A stretch of DNA of 64,000 nt, taken from NCBI GenBank assembly GCA_041576165.1, contig JBFGLM010000006.1:32001-96000 (forward strand), read 5' to 3'. The translations under genes and the position numbers were made by a program. Positions 47,370 to 55,972 of the stretch are shown piece by piece. The notes under the pieces were generated by a model. It had not been told where the DNA came from. It did no database searches and saw only the letters and a program-made list of their open reading frames with translations. Source of the stretch: Acidimicrobiia bacterium (GTDB lineage: Bacteria; Actinomycetota; Acidimicrobiia; Spongiisociales; Spongiisociaceae). Every line of letters starts with the position of its first letter. Position 1 is the stretch's first letter.

Positions 47370-47681
47370 CTAGTGACGTCAGGAGGGCTGGTGCTTGTGA
47401 TTCACCTCGACTCTGAGCGCCCGCCACAGGACACGATTCTTTGTCACGACATGCGCCGACGACGCCCAGCTCATCAAGCTCGGAGCGACGAGAAACCGTA
47501 CGTCGTCGATCAGGACCCGCTTGTAGGGCCGGATGTTCTTTCCCTTCAGGTGGGTGTCGACCGACACCTCGGCTTTGCCACCTCACGAGATGGGTGGGAT
47601 GAAATCCAATGCGACGGTTCCGCCGCGCCGGCGGGCCAGCTCGAGGGCTTCCTCGTCTGCCGTAACTGTGAAGTTCAGCAC
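47370..47681 (-). CDS. Candidate selenoprotein with two in-frame TGA (Sec33, Sec101), HesB/CC-Se-like
   Basis: GTG 47681 to TAG 47370 in one frame: MLNFTVTADEEALELARRRGGTVALDFIPPIS-U-GGKAEVSVDTHLKGKNIRPYKRVLIDDVRFLVAPSLMSWASSAHVVTKNRVLWRALRVEVNHKHQPS-U-RH. A hairpin follows each TGA. Confidence 0.72.
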
Positions 47682-47690
47682 CAGCTGAAG

Positions 47691-48965
47691 CTACTGGATC
47701 GGCGGAGATATCCCCTCTGACACCGCAGCCGATGGAGCCAGCACCCGGCGATAGCGCAGCCGCAGGCTCATCACCGCGACCGCAGCGGCTGCGCCGGCCA
47801 GCGCCAGGACGGAGAAGCTCTGCCAGTCGAGGATGACGCCCGAGGCCACGGCCGCCACCGCTCCCGAGATCCACGTCACGGCGTCGGCAACTCCCTGCAG
47901 CCGTACTCGGGTACTCCCGGTCGCGGCGTCGGTCACCAGTGCGCTGGCCGCAACGAAACCGAAGTTCCACCCGACCCCCAGCAGGAACAGCGAACCCATC
48001 AGGAGCGCTCGGTCCCCACCGCCTGCCGGGGCCGCCAGCAGCGCCGCCACCACAAGCAGAATCTGGCCCGTCACGATGATCGGTACCTTGCCGTACCGGT
48101 CCGACAGCCAGCCCGTCACGGGGGAGAAGAAGAACATGCCGAAGGTATGCGCCCCGATGACCAGACCGACCAGCGTCAGGTTCTCTCCCGCGTCCCGGAT
48201 GTGGATCGGGGTCATCGCCATGATCAGCACCATCACGAATTGCCCGACGCTCAGCGCAGCTAGGGCGTAGCGAACGACCGGAGTCCGCACGGTCGGGCCG
48301 AGCGGCATGCGGTGCGACTGGGTCGGTCCGGTGGGATCGGGATCTTCGGTGAACGTCAGCGGATCGGGTCGCAGCAGGAGACCGAGTATCAGCGCTGCGC
48401 CTCCCACCAGAATCGCCGCCACCAGCAGACCGCCTGCCAACGCTGGGAAGGCCAGCGTCTTGGCCAACCGCTCGGCAGGCGCCAGCAGCAGCGGCCCCGC
48501 AACCGAGCCCACCGTTCCCGCCCAGACGATCGCAGAGATGGCCGATGCTCGCATGTGGGCCGGGGCCACGTCGGCGGCGGCATATCGGCTCAGCCGATCG
48601 CCCGACGCGCCGAGACCGAAGAGAAAGAAGCCGGCCAGCAACAGCGGAAAGACCCCGACCCGCACTGCCACGGCTCCGGTCAGCATCCCAGCGGACGCAA
48701 CGCTCAACGACAATCCGAAACCGGGGCGCCGGCCACGGCGTGCCATGAACGCGGCCAGGGGCGCGACGCCTGCCGCAAGACCGAAAGTCGCCAGCGCGGC
48801 GGGTATCCCGCTCCAGCGAGCGGCTCCCAGCATTTCCGCCGCAGCCAGCGGCGCTACCGTCACGGCCGCGATGAACGCGGTGCGATTTATCCCGGCCGCG
48901 ACAAACAGCGTGACCAGAAGGCGTTGACGGGTGTGGGGCCTGGCGACGGTGTCGGTCACCGGCAC
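47691..48965 (-). CDS. MFS transporter
   Basis: About 12 hydrophobic helices; MARRGRRPG and GWLSDRYGK loops. Confidence 0.9.
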   Translation of the reverse strand: MPVTDTVARPHTRQRLLVTLFVAAGINRTAFIAAVTVAPLAAAEMLGAARWSGIPAALATFGLAAGVAPLAAFMARRGRRPGFGLSLSVASAGMLTGAVAVRVGVFPLLLAGFFLFGLGASGDRLSRYAAADVAPAHMRASAISAIVWAGTVGSVAGPLLLAPAERLAKTLAFPALAGGLLVAAILVGGAALILGLLLRPDPLTFTEDPDPTGPTQSHRMPLGPTVRTPVVRYALAALSVGQFVMVLIMAMTPIHIRDAGENLTLVGLVIGAHTFGMFFFSPVTGWLSDRYGKVPIIVTGQILLVVAALLAAPAGGGDRALLMGSLFLLGVGWNFGFVAASALVTDAATGSTRVRLQGVADAVTWISGAVAAVASGVILDWQSFSVLALAGAAAAVAVMSLRLRYRRVLAPSAAVSEGISPPIQ

Positions 48966-49019
48966 CAGTGTACGGCCATCGTACCCGCCCGCTGTCGTCT
49001 CCGATCCCGGCCGCCGGCG

Positions 49020-49703
49020 CTAGCCGATGCGGCGTTTCCAGCCCAGCTTGGGATGAATACCCCGCGGCGGCCAGTAGCCGTCGTTGCGATACGCCCAGTA
49101 CTCAAAGGGGTTGTCGTAGTAGGCGACCGTTTCGATGGCGTTGAACAGGCGACCTCTCACCACGGGCCACAGCATGAGACCGACGATGCCGCCCATCACC
49201 AGCCATCCGCCGTATGTGATGTGAAACAGAGGACCGAACCAGCGGTTTTGCCAGATGTGCAGCTCCTCGTGGGCCGTGACGAACCGGCGGCGTCTGCGCG
49301 CTCGCTCCGACTCCCCTTTCAGCCCCACCTTGCCGCCCGCGTTGGAGATGACGTTGCCCATCGACAGCGCGAACCCGCCCCGCAGCGACGCGCCGGCGGC
49401 GTAGACGTGGCGGCACCGTCGCCGGCTGAGCGACTCGACATAGCCAGATCCCGGCCACACAACATTGACGGCATGGAGGGCCAAACCCAGCGCCGTCCCG
49501 ACGAGTCCCCATGTGGAGTCGAGGATCGCGGCCGTCCAGCCCCGCCTGCTTCGCCAGTCGTAGATCCCCGCGAACCCGGACACCACCCCGTTGAGCGAGC
49601 CGAGCAAGAACCCCAACGCGGGCAACCCCACCAGCGATCCGGTGGCCCAACCAGCGACCCCACCACCGGCACCCACCGCGAGGGCCTCGACCACCCGCCG
49701 CAT
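49020..49703 (-). CDS. Membrane protein with Gly-rich N-terminal helices and HEELH zincin-like motif
   Basis: ATG 49703 overlaps the upstream stop; FVTAHEELHIWQNRWFG...YYDNPFEYWAY. Confidence 0.75.
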   Translation of the reverse strand: MRRVVEALAVGAGGGVAGWATGSLVGLPALGFLLGSLNGVVSGFAGIYDWRSRRGWTAAILDSTWGLVGTALGLALHAVNVVWPGSGYVESLSRRRCRHVYAAGASLRGGFALSMGNVISNAGGKVGLKGESERARRRRRFVTAHEELHIWQNRWFGPLFHITYGGWLVMGGIVGLMLWPVVRGRLFNAIETVAYYDNPFEYWAYRNDGYWPPRGIHPKLGWKRRIG

Positions 49704-50548
49704 CAGAGGATGAATCCCTTGTGGAACAGCGCCAGGCCGTCCATGGTCGCCGCCACCGCGCAGTGCAGCGCCGCCCCCCACCAGATCGATCTGGTCTTGA
49801 GGGAGAGGGACCCCAGCACGTATCCGCCAACGATCGCCGCCAGTGCCTCGGCCACCGGCTTGGTGTAGTGGAGCATGTTGTAGGGAACGATCATCACGAA
49901 CACCGCCATGAACCCCAGGCGTCCTTTCAGCCCGTGCACCAGAAAGCCGCGAAAGAAGAACTCCAACGCCACGAACTGAGCGGCATAGACCACCCACCAG
50001 ATCCACATGTTGGGCCAGAGGTCTTCGCCCGGGGCCAGGTCATAGAAGGGATATTTCGCCTGGAACGCCGCCGTGGTGGACGCCACCACGATGAAGGGGA
50101 GCGAGACCGCAAACAACACCAGATATGTGCGGGCCTGGGGGAGGATCCCCCGAACGGTGGTGCCGAACGCACTGATTTGCTCCCTGAGAACGAAGCGAAT
50201 GACCAGCCAGGGGATCGCCACATAACTCAACACCTGGACGATGCCCCAAAACGCAAGCCCGTTGAGCTCCCGATTGGCCGACTCGAAGAAGGCGCGTCGG
50301 CTGGCGGCCGCCAGCCCGTCCAACCCCAACGCGTCGACCATGCCTATGAACCAGAACGGCCGGCTGGTCGCCCCGAAGTTGAGGGCGGTGAGTGCGACCG
50401 CCGCAGTGACGAGAATTATGGCGACCCGCCGGTTCGCCTCGGCCGGCGGGACCGACGCCCGGTACTGGTCGGACTCGGCATCCGTGCGGTCCGCCAGGTC
50501 CCTGAAAAAGCCCCGTCGAGAACGCACAGGCACGGTGTCCGCGGTCAT
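49703..50548 (-). CDS. CPBP family intramembrane glutamic endopeptidase (CAAX protease-like)
   Basis: LEFFFRG, HYTKP..E, SIWWGAALH. Confidence 0.9.
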   Translation of the reverse strand: MTADTVPVRSRRGFFRDLADRTDAESDQYRASVPPAEANRRVAIILVTAAVALTALNFGATSRPFWFIGMVDALGLDGLAAASRRAFFESANRELNGLAFWGIVQVLSYVAIPWLVIRFVLREQISAFGTTVRGILPQARTYLVLFAVSLPFIVVASTTAAFQAKYPFYDLAPGEDLWPNMWIWWVVYAAQFVALEFFFRGFLVHGLKGRLGFMAVFVMIVPYNMLHYTKPVAEALAAIVGGYVLGSLSLKTRSIWWGAALHCAVAATMDGLALFHKGFIL

Positions 50549-50727
50549 GGCGGCGGAGCGTAGTCCCGACCCGGTCCGTAGCTGCTGAGGGCGTGCGCGG
50601 ATCGGCCATAACCTTGGACAATGTCGACAACAGCCGGCTACCCAGACCAGCGCGATACCGCATGTTGGTGCGATCTGGAACGAAACGCGAAGGCCAGGGA
50701 CCGTTCCCCAGCTTTACCGCGCACGCC

Positions 50728-51405
50728 CTACGCCAGCCGGGCGAGGGTGGGAGGAAGCTCGGCCAGTTGGTGAATGACAGCGACGGCGGTCGATGAACCC
50801 GAGTTCCTCCTATCGAGGAGGATCGCACGGATTCCGGCGGCGTGGGCCCCGGCCACGTCGTAGTCGTCGTGGTCCCCAACCATGATCGCCCGGCTCGGAT
50901 CGACATCTCCCATGCGGGTCAGCGCGAGCAGGAACAGCTCCGGGTCCGGTTTGGGCACACCCTCGATCGGGCCAAGCACCGTCGCATCGAAAAAGCGCCC
51001 GAGGCCGCCCGCCTCGGGGCCTTTGGTACCGTTTGAGACAAGACCCAGCCGGTACTGCCCGGCGAGCTGTTCCAAAGTCGGAACGGTATCGGGGAACAGC
51101 GGCAGGTCCCGGCTCAGGCCATCCAAGAAAGCCTCGGTGAGCTGGTCGACCAGTGCCGGATCGACAACGCCCACCTCGCAGAGCGCCAGCTCGAAAGTCC
51201 GTCGCCGCAGACCGACCACATCGGACTGGCCGTACTCCAGTCCGAGCCGGCGCCGAATCTCGATCACGTGGCGTTCGTCGATTTGACCGATGAGGGGATG
51301 CACGCCCGCAGCCAGGTCCAGCACGGACCGCGTCACGCTTCGGGCGGCCAGCTGGAAATCCCACAGAGTGTCGTCGGCGTCGAAGAGGACTGCATCGATC
51401 CCCAC
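50728..51405 (-). CDS. HAD-family hydrolase
   Basis: FDADDTL, SNG, KPDP, MVGD...DVAGA. Confidence 0.92.
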   Translation of the reverse strand: MGIDAVLFDADDTLWDFQLAARSVTRSVLDLAAGVHPLIGQIDERHVIEIRRRLGLEYGQSDVVGLRRRTFELALCEVGVVDPALVDQLTEAFLDGLSRDLPLFPDTVPTLEQLAGQYRLGLVSNGTKGPEAGGLGRFFDATVLGPIEGVPKPDPELFLLALTRMGDVDPSRAIMVGDHDDYDVAGAHAAGIRAILLDRRNSGSSTAVAVIHQLAELPPTLARLA

Positions 51406-51410
51406 GCCGC

Positions 51411-51528
51411 CAGCCTAAGGCTGGAGCGGCCCTTGAGGGCACCCTGTGGCCGAGAGTTCGAATCACACCCGGCCACTCGGTCCAACGGTCGGCTGTAGCG
51501 CCCCCTCAGGGGACCTTGCAGCCTAAGG
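51411..51528. mobile_element. MITE-like element
   Basis: cagcctaagg at both ends (51411-51420, 51519-51528); imperfect internal terminal IRs; 20-bp identity with 687-706. Confidence 0.5.
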
Positions 51529-51547
51529 TTCGCCCATTCCTCGCGAG

Positions 51548-51571
51548 TCAGGCGCCGGACCCGGCGCCTGA
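51548..51571. terminator. Hairpin downstream of the small peptide gene
   Basis: tcaggcgccgg-ac-ccggcgcctga. Confidence 0.6.
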
Positions 51572-51634
51572 AGACGTGTTGTTGAAGACTCTCGGTGGGT
51601 ACTCAGTCCCAACCGAGTCCTGCTGCGGCCCGCA

Positions 51635-51832
51635 TCAGCTCCACGACCCGCCGAGCAGCTGCACTCCGCCGGGGATGCCGCCCCCGAACTCATAGACCGT
51701 CGGAGCAGCCGGCGCATCATCCTGGTCGGGGATCGTGTAGACCGGGCCGGATACACCGACCACGAGCGTGGCCGCAACGACGGCGCTCGCGATCCACTTT
51801 CTCAGACTCCAGCCTTCGGAGCGGCGTTTCAT
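51635..51832 (-). CDS. Small secreted peptide (65 aa) ending in GGSWS
   Basis: GGGAGGT SD plus ATG 51832; MKRRSEGWSLRKWIASAVVAATLVVGVSG...FGGGIPGGVQLLGGSWS. Confidence 0.7.
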   Translation of the reverse strand: MKRRSEGWSLRKWIASAVVAATLVVGVSGPVYTIPDQDDAPAAPTVYEFGGGIPGGVQLLGGSWS

Positions 51833-51992
51833 TGTGACCTCCCTGCGATTCACCGAACCTTGTTTTCGTCCGGTTCTCGCCCAAGCTGGAGGACGGTTAA
51901 TTCGTCACCCGCGCTGACTAGTGCCCGGCGCACCCCGCCGCCGGTGGCGTCAGCTCCCGCACCGCGTTCCCGGCGACGGGCCCGGGAAGGCG

Positions 51993-53546
51993 TCAGCCCC
52001 GTGCCACCTGGTCGCGCAGCACGCGGCGGAGAATCTTTCCGGACGCCGATTTCGGAATCTCCTCTAGAAAGGTGACCCTCCGAATCGCCTTGTAGTGAGC
52101 CACCTGGCCGCCGACGAACTCCATCAGCTCATGGCCCGACGCTTCGAGGCCGGGTTTGAGCACGACGTACGCGGCGGGTATCTCCCCGGCCTCCTCGTCG
52201 GGGAGCCCGACCACCGCTGCGTCGGCGACGGCCGGATGGGTCAACAGCAGCGCCTCCAACTCGGCCGGCGGCACCTGAAAGCCCTTGTATTTGATCAGTT
52301 CTTTCAGGCGGTCGACGATGTAGAGGTGCCCGTCATCGTCGAAATGTCCAATGTCGCCGGTGTGCAACCACCCGTCGTCGTCGATCGTCGCCGCAGTGGC
52401 ATCGGGGTTGTTCAGGTAGCCCGCCATTACCTGTGGACCCCTCACCCACACCTCGCCGTCCTGCTCAATCCCCACCGGCTCGCCCGACGCCGGGTCCACG
52501 ATCATGGTTTCGGTGTTGGCGATCGTGACACCAACCGAGCCCGGTTTGTACTCGCCTTCCGGCGTGCTGTGAGACACCGGAGACAGCTCCGTCATGCCGT
52601 AGCCCTGGACCACCGCGCAGCCGAGCCGCTGGTTGACCTCAGCGGCCAGTTCCGCCGACAGCGGGGCTGCACCGGAAAACACCTGGCGCAGGGCACTCAG
52701 GTCGTATTTGTCGACGATGGGATGCTTCGCCAAAGCCACCACGATGGGCGGAACGACAAACGACCGGGTGACCCGGTATTCCTCGTGGATCCGGAGGAAC
52801 TCCTCGAGATCGAACCGAGGCATGGTCACGACGGTCGTCCCCACCCGCAAACCGAGGTTCATGAGAACCTGCATCCCGTAGATGTGGAAGAACGGCAGGA
52901 CGGCTATCGCTACTTCGCCTTCTTCGATAGTCACGACCGGCATCGTTTGTTCGAGGTTGGCCACCAGGTTGCGGTGGGTGAGCATGACGCCTTTCGACAG
53001 CCCGGTCGTCCCCGACGAGTAGGGCAGCACGACCAGGTCTTCGGGAGCGACCGGCACCTGGGCGTCCAGCGGTTCACCGAAGAGCGTGTCCAGGGACGGA
53101 GCGACCTCGGCCTCGCCTAGGACATAGATCTCCCGGACACCGGTATCGGCGGCCGCAGCCCGCGCTGTCTCGAAGAACATCGGCACGGTCACCATGATCG
53201 AGGCGCCTGCGTCCTCCAGCTGATGGTGGACCTCGCGAGCGGTGTACGTCGGATTGATCGTTGTCACGACCCCACCGGCCAGCGCTGCCGCGTGAAACAC
53301 CACCGCGTATTCGGGCACGTTCGGCGCCATCAGCGCCAGCACCTGGCCCTTCTGAAACCCATGCGAGACCAGGCCCCCGGCCAGGCTGCGCACGGCAGCC
53401 TCCAGCTGGCCATAGGTATATGTCCGGCCCGAGGGCCCGTCGATCAGCGCCGGCTTGTCGGCGAGGCGGCCGGCTGCTGCGAACACATACTCGAACAGGG
53501 GCTCAGTCGGGATCGCCACGTCCGGGAACGGGCTGGTGTGGATCAC
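51993..53546 (-). CDS. 4-coumarate--CoA ligase-like AMP-binding enzyme
   Basis: PYSSGTTGLSKG, QGYGMTE, GWLHTGD, DRLKELIKYKGFQV, PKSASGKILRR. Confidence 0.93.
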   Translation of the reverse strand: MIHTSPFPDVAIPTEPLFEYVFAAAGRLADKPALIDGPSGRTYTYGQLEAAVRSLAGGLVSHGFQKGQVLALMAPNVPEYAVVFHAAALAGGVVTTINPTYTAREVHHQLEDAGASIMVTVPMFFETARAAAADTGVREIYVLGEAEVAPSLDTLFGEPLDAQVPVAPEDLVVLPYSSGTTGLSKGVMLTHRNLVANLEQTMPVVTIEEGEVAIAVLPFFHIYGMQVLMNLGLRVGTTVVTMPRFDLEEFLRIHEEYRVTRSFVVPPIVVALAKHPIVDKYDLSALRQVFSGAAPLSAELAAEVNQRLGCAVVQGYGMTELSPVSHSTPEGEYKPGSVGVTIANTETMIVDPASGEPVGIEQDGEVWVRGPQVMAGYLNNPDATAATIDDDGWLHTGDIGHFDDDGHLYIVDRLKELIKYKGFQVPPAELEALLLTHPAVADAAVVGLPDEEAGEIPAAYVVLKPGLEASGHELMEFVGGQVAHYKAIRRVTFLEEIPKSASGKILRRVLRDQVARG

Positions 53547-53655
53547 GGGCGTACCTCCAAGACGGTCGACACCAGTCTGCTACTTCCCGACTCGGTGTGC
53601 AGGTGCCGTGATCGGCGGTGCGCCGGTGGTGGCCGGTCTCTGGCAACATGACATC

Positions 53656-55935
53656 GTGGACAATGGCCCCACCGACGAACGCGACCTCGAGGGTCTGCTT
53701 TCCTCCTGGGCAGACGATCCTGATCTCGCCGGGGACCTGGTTCACCGCCGGGTCGTTCGCGGCCACGACGCCGCGTTCGCGGACTTGTCGGATCCTTTGC
53801 CCGGTGCGTTGCGGTCCCGGCTGGCCGACCAGGGAATCACCCGCCTCTACCGCCACCAGGTCGACGCGGTGGACAGGATCCGGGCCGGTGACCACACGGT
53901 GCTCGTCTCCGGGACTGCTTCGGGGAAGACGCTGTGTTACCAGATTCCCATCGCCGAACAGATCCTCGAACAACCCAGGTCGAGCGCACTGTTGCTGTTC
54001 CCGACCAAGGCGCTGGCCCAGGATCAATTGCGCTCGTTCGGTCGGCTGCGGATCCCCGGCCTCAGCCTGGCCACCTACGACGGCGACACGCCCGTCGAGG
54101 AGCGCAGCAGCGTCCGCCGGTCGGCCAACGTGATCTTCACCAACCCCGACATGCTCCATTACGGAATTCTCCCCAACCACGGGAAGTGGGCCGAGTTCTT
54201 CCTGCGCCTGCGCTTCGTGGTCGTAGATGAGATGCATGTTCTGCGCGGCATGTTCGGCAGCCATACGGCGCTGATCCTCCGACGCTTGCGGCGGATTGCC
54301 CGCCACTATGGGTCCGAACCGACATTCGTGTTCGCCAGCGCCACGATCGGCAACCCAGCCGATCTGGCCCGTCGCCTCAGCGCGCTGGAGGTCGGCGTCG
54401 TGGCAGGTGACGACTCGCCGGTGGGCGACAAGCTCATTGCGATGTGGAACCCACCCCTCGAAGACGCCGATCTGGGGATTCGGCGCTCTTCGATGGCAGA
54501 AACCACGGATCTGTTCGTCCGTATGGTCGGTAGCCGTCTGCACACGATTGTCTTTTCGCGCAGCCGCAAGGCCACCGAGCTGGTCTATCGGTGGGCCAAA
54601 GACCGGCTGCCGCCCGAGCTCGCCGACCGGATCGCCCCTTACCGGGCCGGGTACCGGGCGGAGGATCGGCGCGCCACCGAAGCCCGGCTCTTCGGAGGCG
54701 AGTTGCTCGGAGTCACGGCCACCAACGCCCTCGAGCTGGGCATAGATGTCGGCAGCCTCGACGCTGCCATCATCAACGCCTTCCCCGGCACCCTCGCGTC
54801 CTTCCGCCAGCAGGCCGGACGAGCGGGCCGCACCAAAGACGAAGCGCTAGTGGTGCTGGTGGGCGGCCACGACGCCCTCGACCAGTACTACATGACCTAC
54901 CCAGAGGAGCTGTTCAGCCGTCCCCCCGAGGCCGCAGTGGTCAACCCGGCCAACCCGTTGGTGGCCGAAGCGCACACTGCGTGCGCGGCGTACGAATTGC
55001 CACTGGACATGTCGGATCGTGAGTTGCTCGGGGACGGTTTCGAAGAAGCCGCCAATCGGCTCGTGCAGGCCGAGCACCTGCGTCTGCGGGACGGCCGCCT
55101 GCACTGGGCCCGGCGCACAAACCCGGCACCCGATATCAACCTTCGATCCTCCGGCGGCCCCACCTATGTCATCCACGACACCGTCGGAGAACTACTCGGG
55201 ACGGTCGAACAAGAAAGGGCGTTTCGGGATGCGCACGAGGGGGCGGTCTACCTCCACCAAGGCGACACCTACGTCGTGGAGCAGCTTGATCTCCAACGGC
55301 ACGAGATCAGGGTGCGGAAAGCGTCGCTCGACTACTACACCCAGCCGAAGGAAGAAAAGGCGATGGACGTGCTCGACGTCGAAGCCAAGGGTCCGCTGGG
55401 GGCACTGACCCACTGGCTGGGCCGCGTGCGGGTGGAGTCAGCGATCATCGGATTTCAGCGGAAGAGGCTGGGATCCGGGGAGAGCATGGGGATGGAATAC
55501 CTCGACCTGCCCTCCACCACCTTCGACACCGAGGCGTTCTGGTTCACCTGCGCTGACCAACTCGTGCGCGCAGCCGGGGTAGAGGCGGCAGAGCTCCCCG
55601 GCACCCTGCACGCCGCGGAGCACACTGCGATCGCCATGATGCCGCTGTTCGCAATCTGTGATCGGTGGGACATCGGGGGTCTCTCGACGCCATACCACCC
55701 CCAGATGGGTCCGAACACAATCTTCATCTACGACGGATACCCGGGCGGGGCCGGAATCGCCACCGTGGCGTATCCTCGGGGCGAGGATCTGCTCTCGGCA
55801 ACGCTGGCTGCGCTGGAGGCGTGCCCATGTGCGGCCGGTTGCCCGTCCTGTGTGCAATCCCCCAAGTGCGGCAATTTCAACGACCCGCTCTCGAAAGGCG
55901 GCGCCATCCGGTTTCTGCGGGCGGCGCTGCGCTGA
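53656..55935 (+). CDS. DEAD/DEAH helicase with C-terminal DUF1998 (SftH/MrfA/Hrq1 family)
   Basis: TASGKT, DEMH, SATIGNP, QQAGRAGR, C-terminal CPCAAGCPSCVQSPKCGN. Confidence 0.95.
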   Translation: MDNGPTDERDLEGLLSSWADDPDLAGDLVHRRVVRGHDAAFADLSDPLPGALRSRLADQGITRLYRHQVDAVDRIRAGDHTVLVSGTASGKTLCYQIPIAEQILEQPRSSALLLFPTKALAQDQLRSFGRLRIPGLSLATYDGDTPVEERSSVRRSANVIFTNPDMLHYGILPNHGKWAEFFLRLRFVVVDEMHVLRGMFGSHTALILRRLRRIARHYGSEPTFVFASATIGNPADLARRLSALEVGVVAGDDSPVGDKLIAMWNPPLEDADLGIRRSSMAETTDLFVRMVGSRLHTIVFSRSRKATELVYRWAKDRLPPELADRIAPYRAGYRAEDRRATEARLFGGELLGVTATNALELGIDVGSLDAAIINAFPGTLASFRQQAGRAGRTKDEALVVLVGGHDALDQYYMTYPEELFSRPPEAAVVNPANPLVAEAHTACAAYELPLDMSDRELLGDGFEEAANRLVQAEHLRLRDGRLHWARRTNPAPDINLRSSGGPTYVIHDTVGELLGTVEQERAFRDAHEGAVYLHQGDTYVVEQLDLQRHEIRVRKASLDYYTQPKEEKAMDVLDVEAKGPLGALTHWLGRVRVESAIIGFQRKRLGSGESMGMEYLDLPSTTFDTEAFWFTCADQLVRAAGVEAAELPGTLHAAEHTAIAMMPLFAICDRWDIGGLSTPYHPQMGPNTIFIYDGYPGGAGIATVAYPRGEDLLSATLAALEACPCAAGCPSCVQSPKCGNFNDPLSKGGAIRFLRAALR

Positions 55936-55972
55936 GCCGTTTGCCCCGGGCGGGGCTGAGCTGGCCGCGGGC

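Noticed and set aside
47370-47681. Genome-wide UGA reassignment as the explanation for the in-frame TGAs
   Set aside because: TGA terminates many conserved genes here at their expected ends (clpC, topA, folE, hppA).
51560-51637. TGA read-through of the GGSWS peptide as Sec
   Set aside because: No convincing SECIS-like hairpin at the right distance, and the downstream frame is not protein-like.
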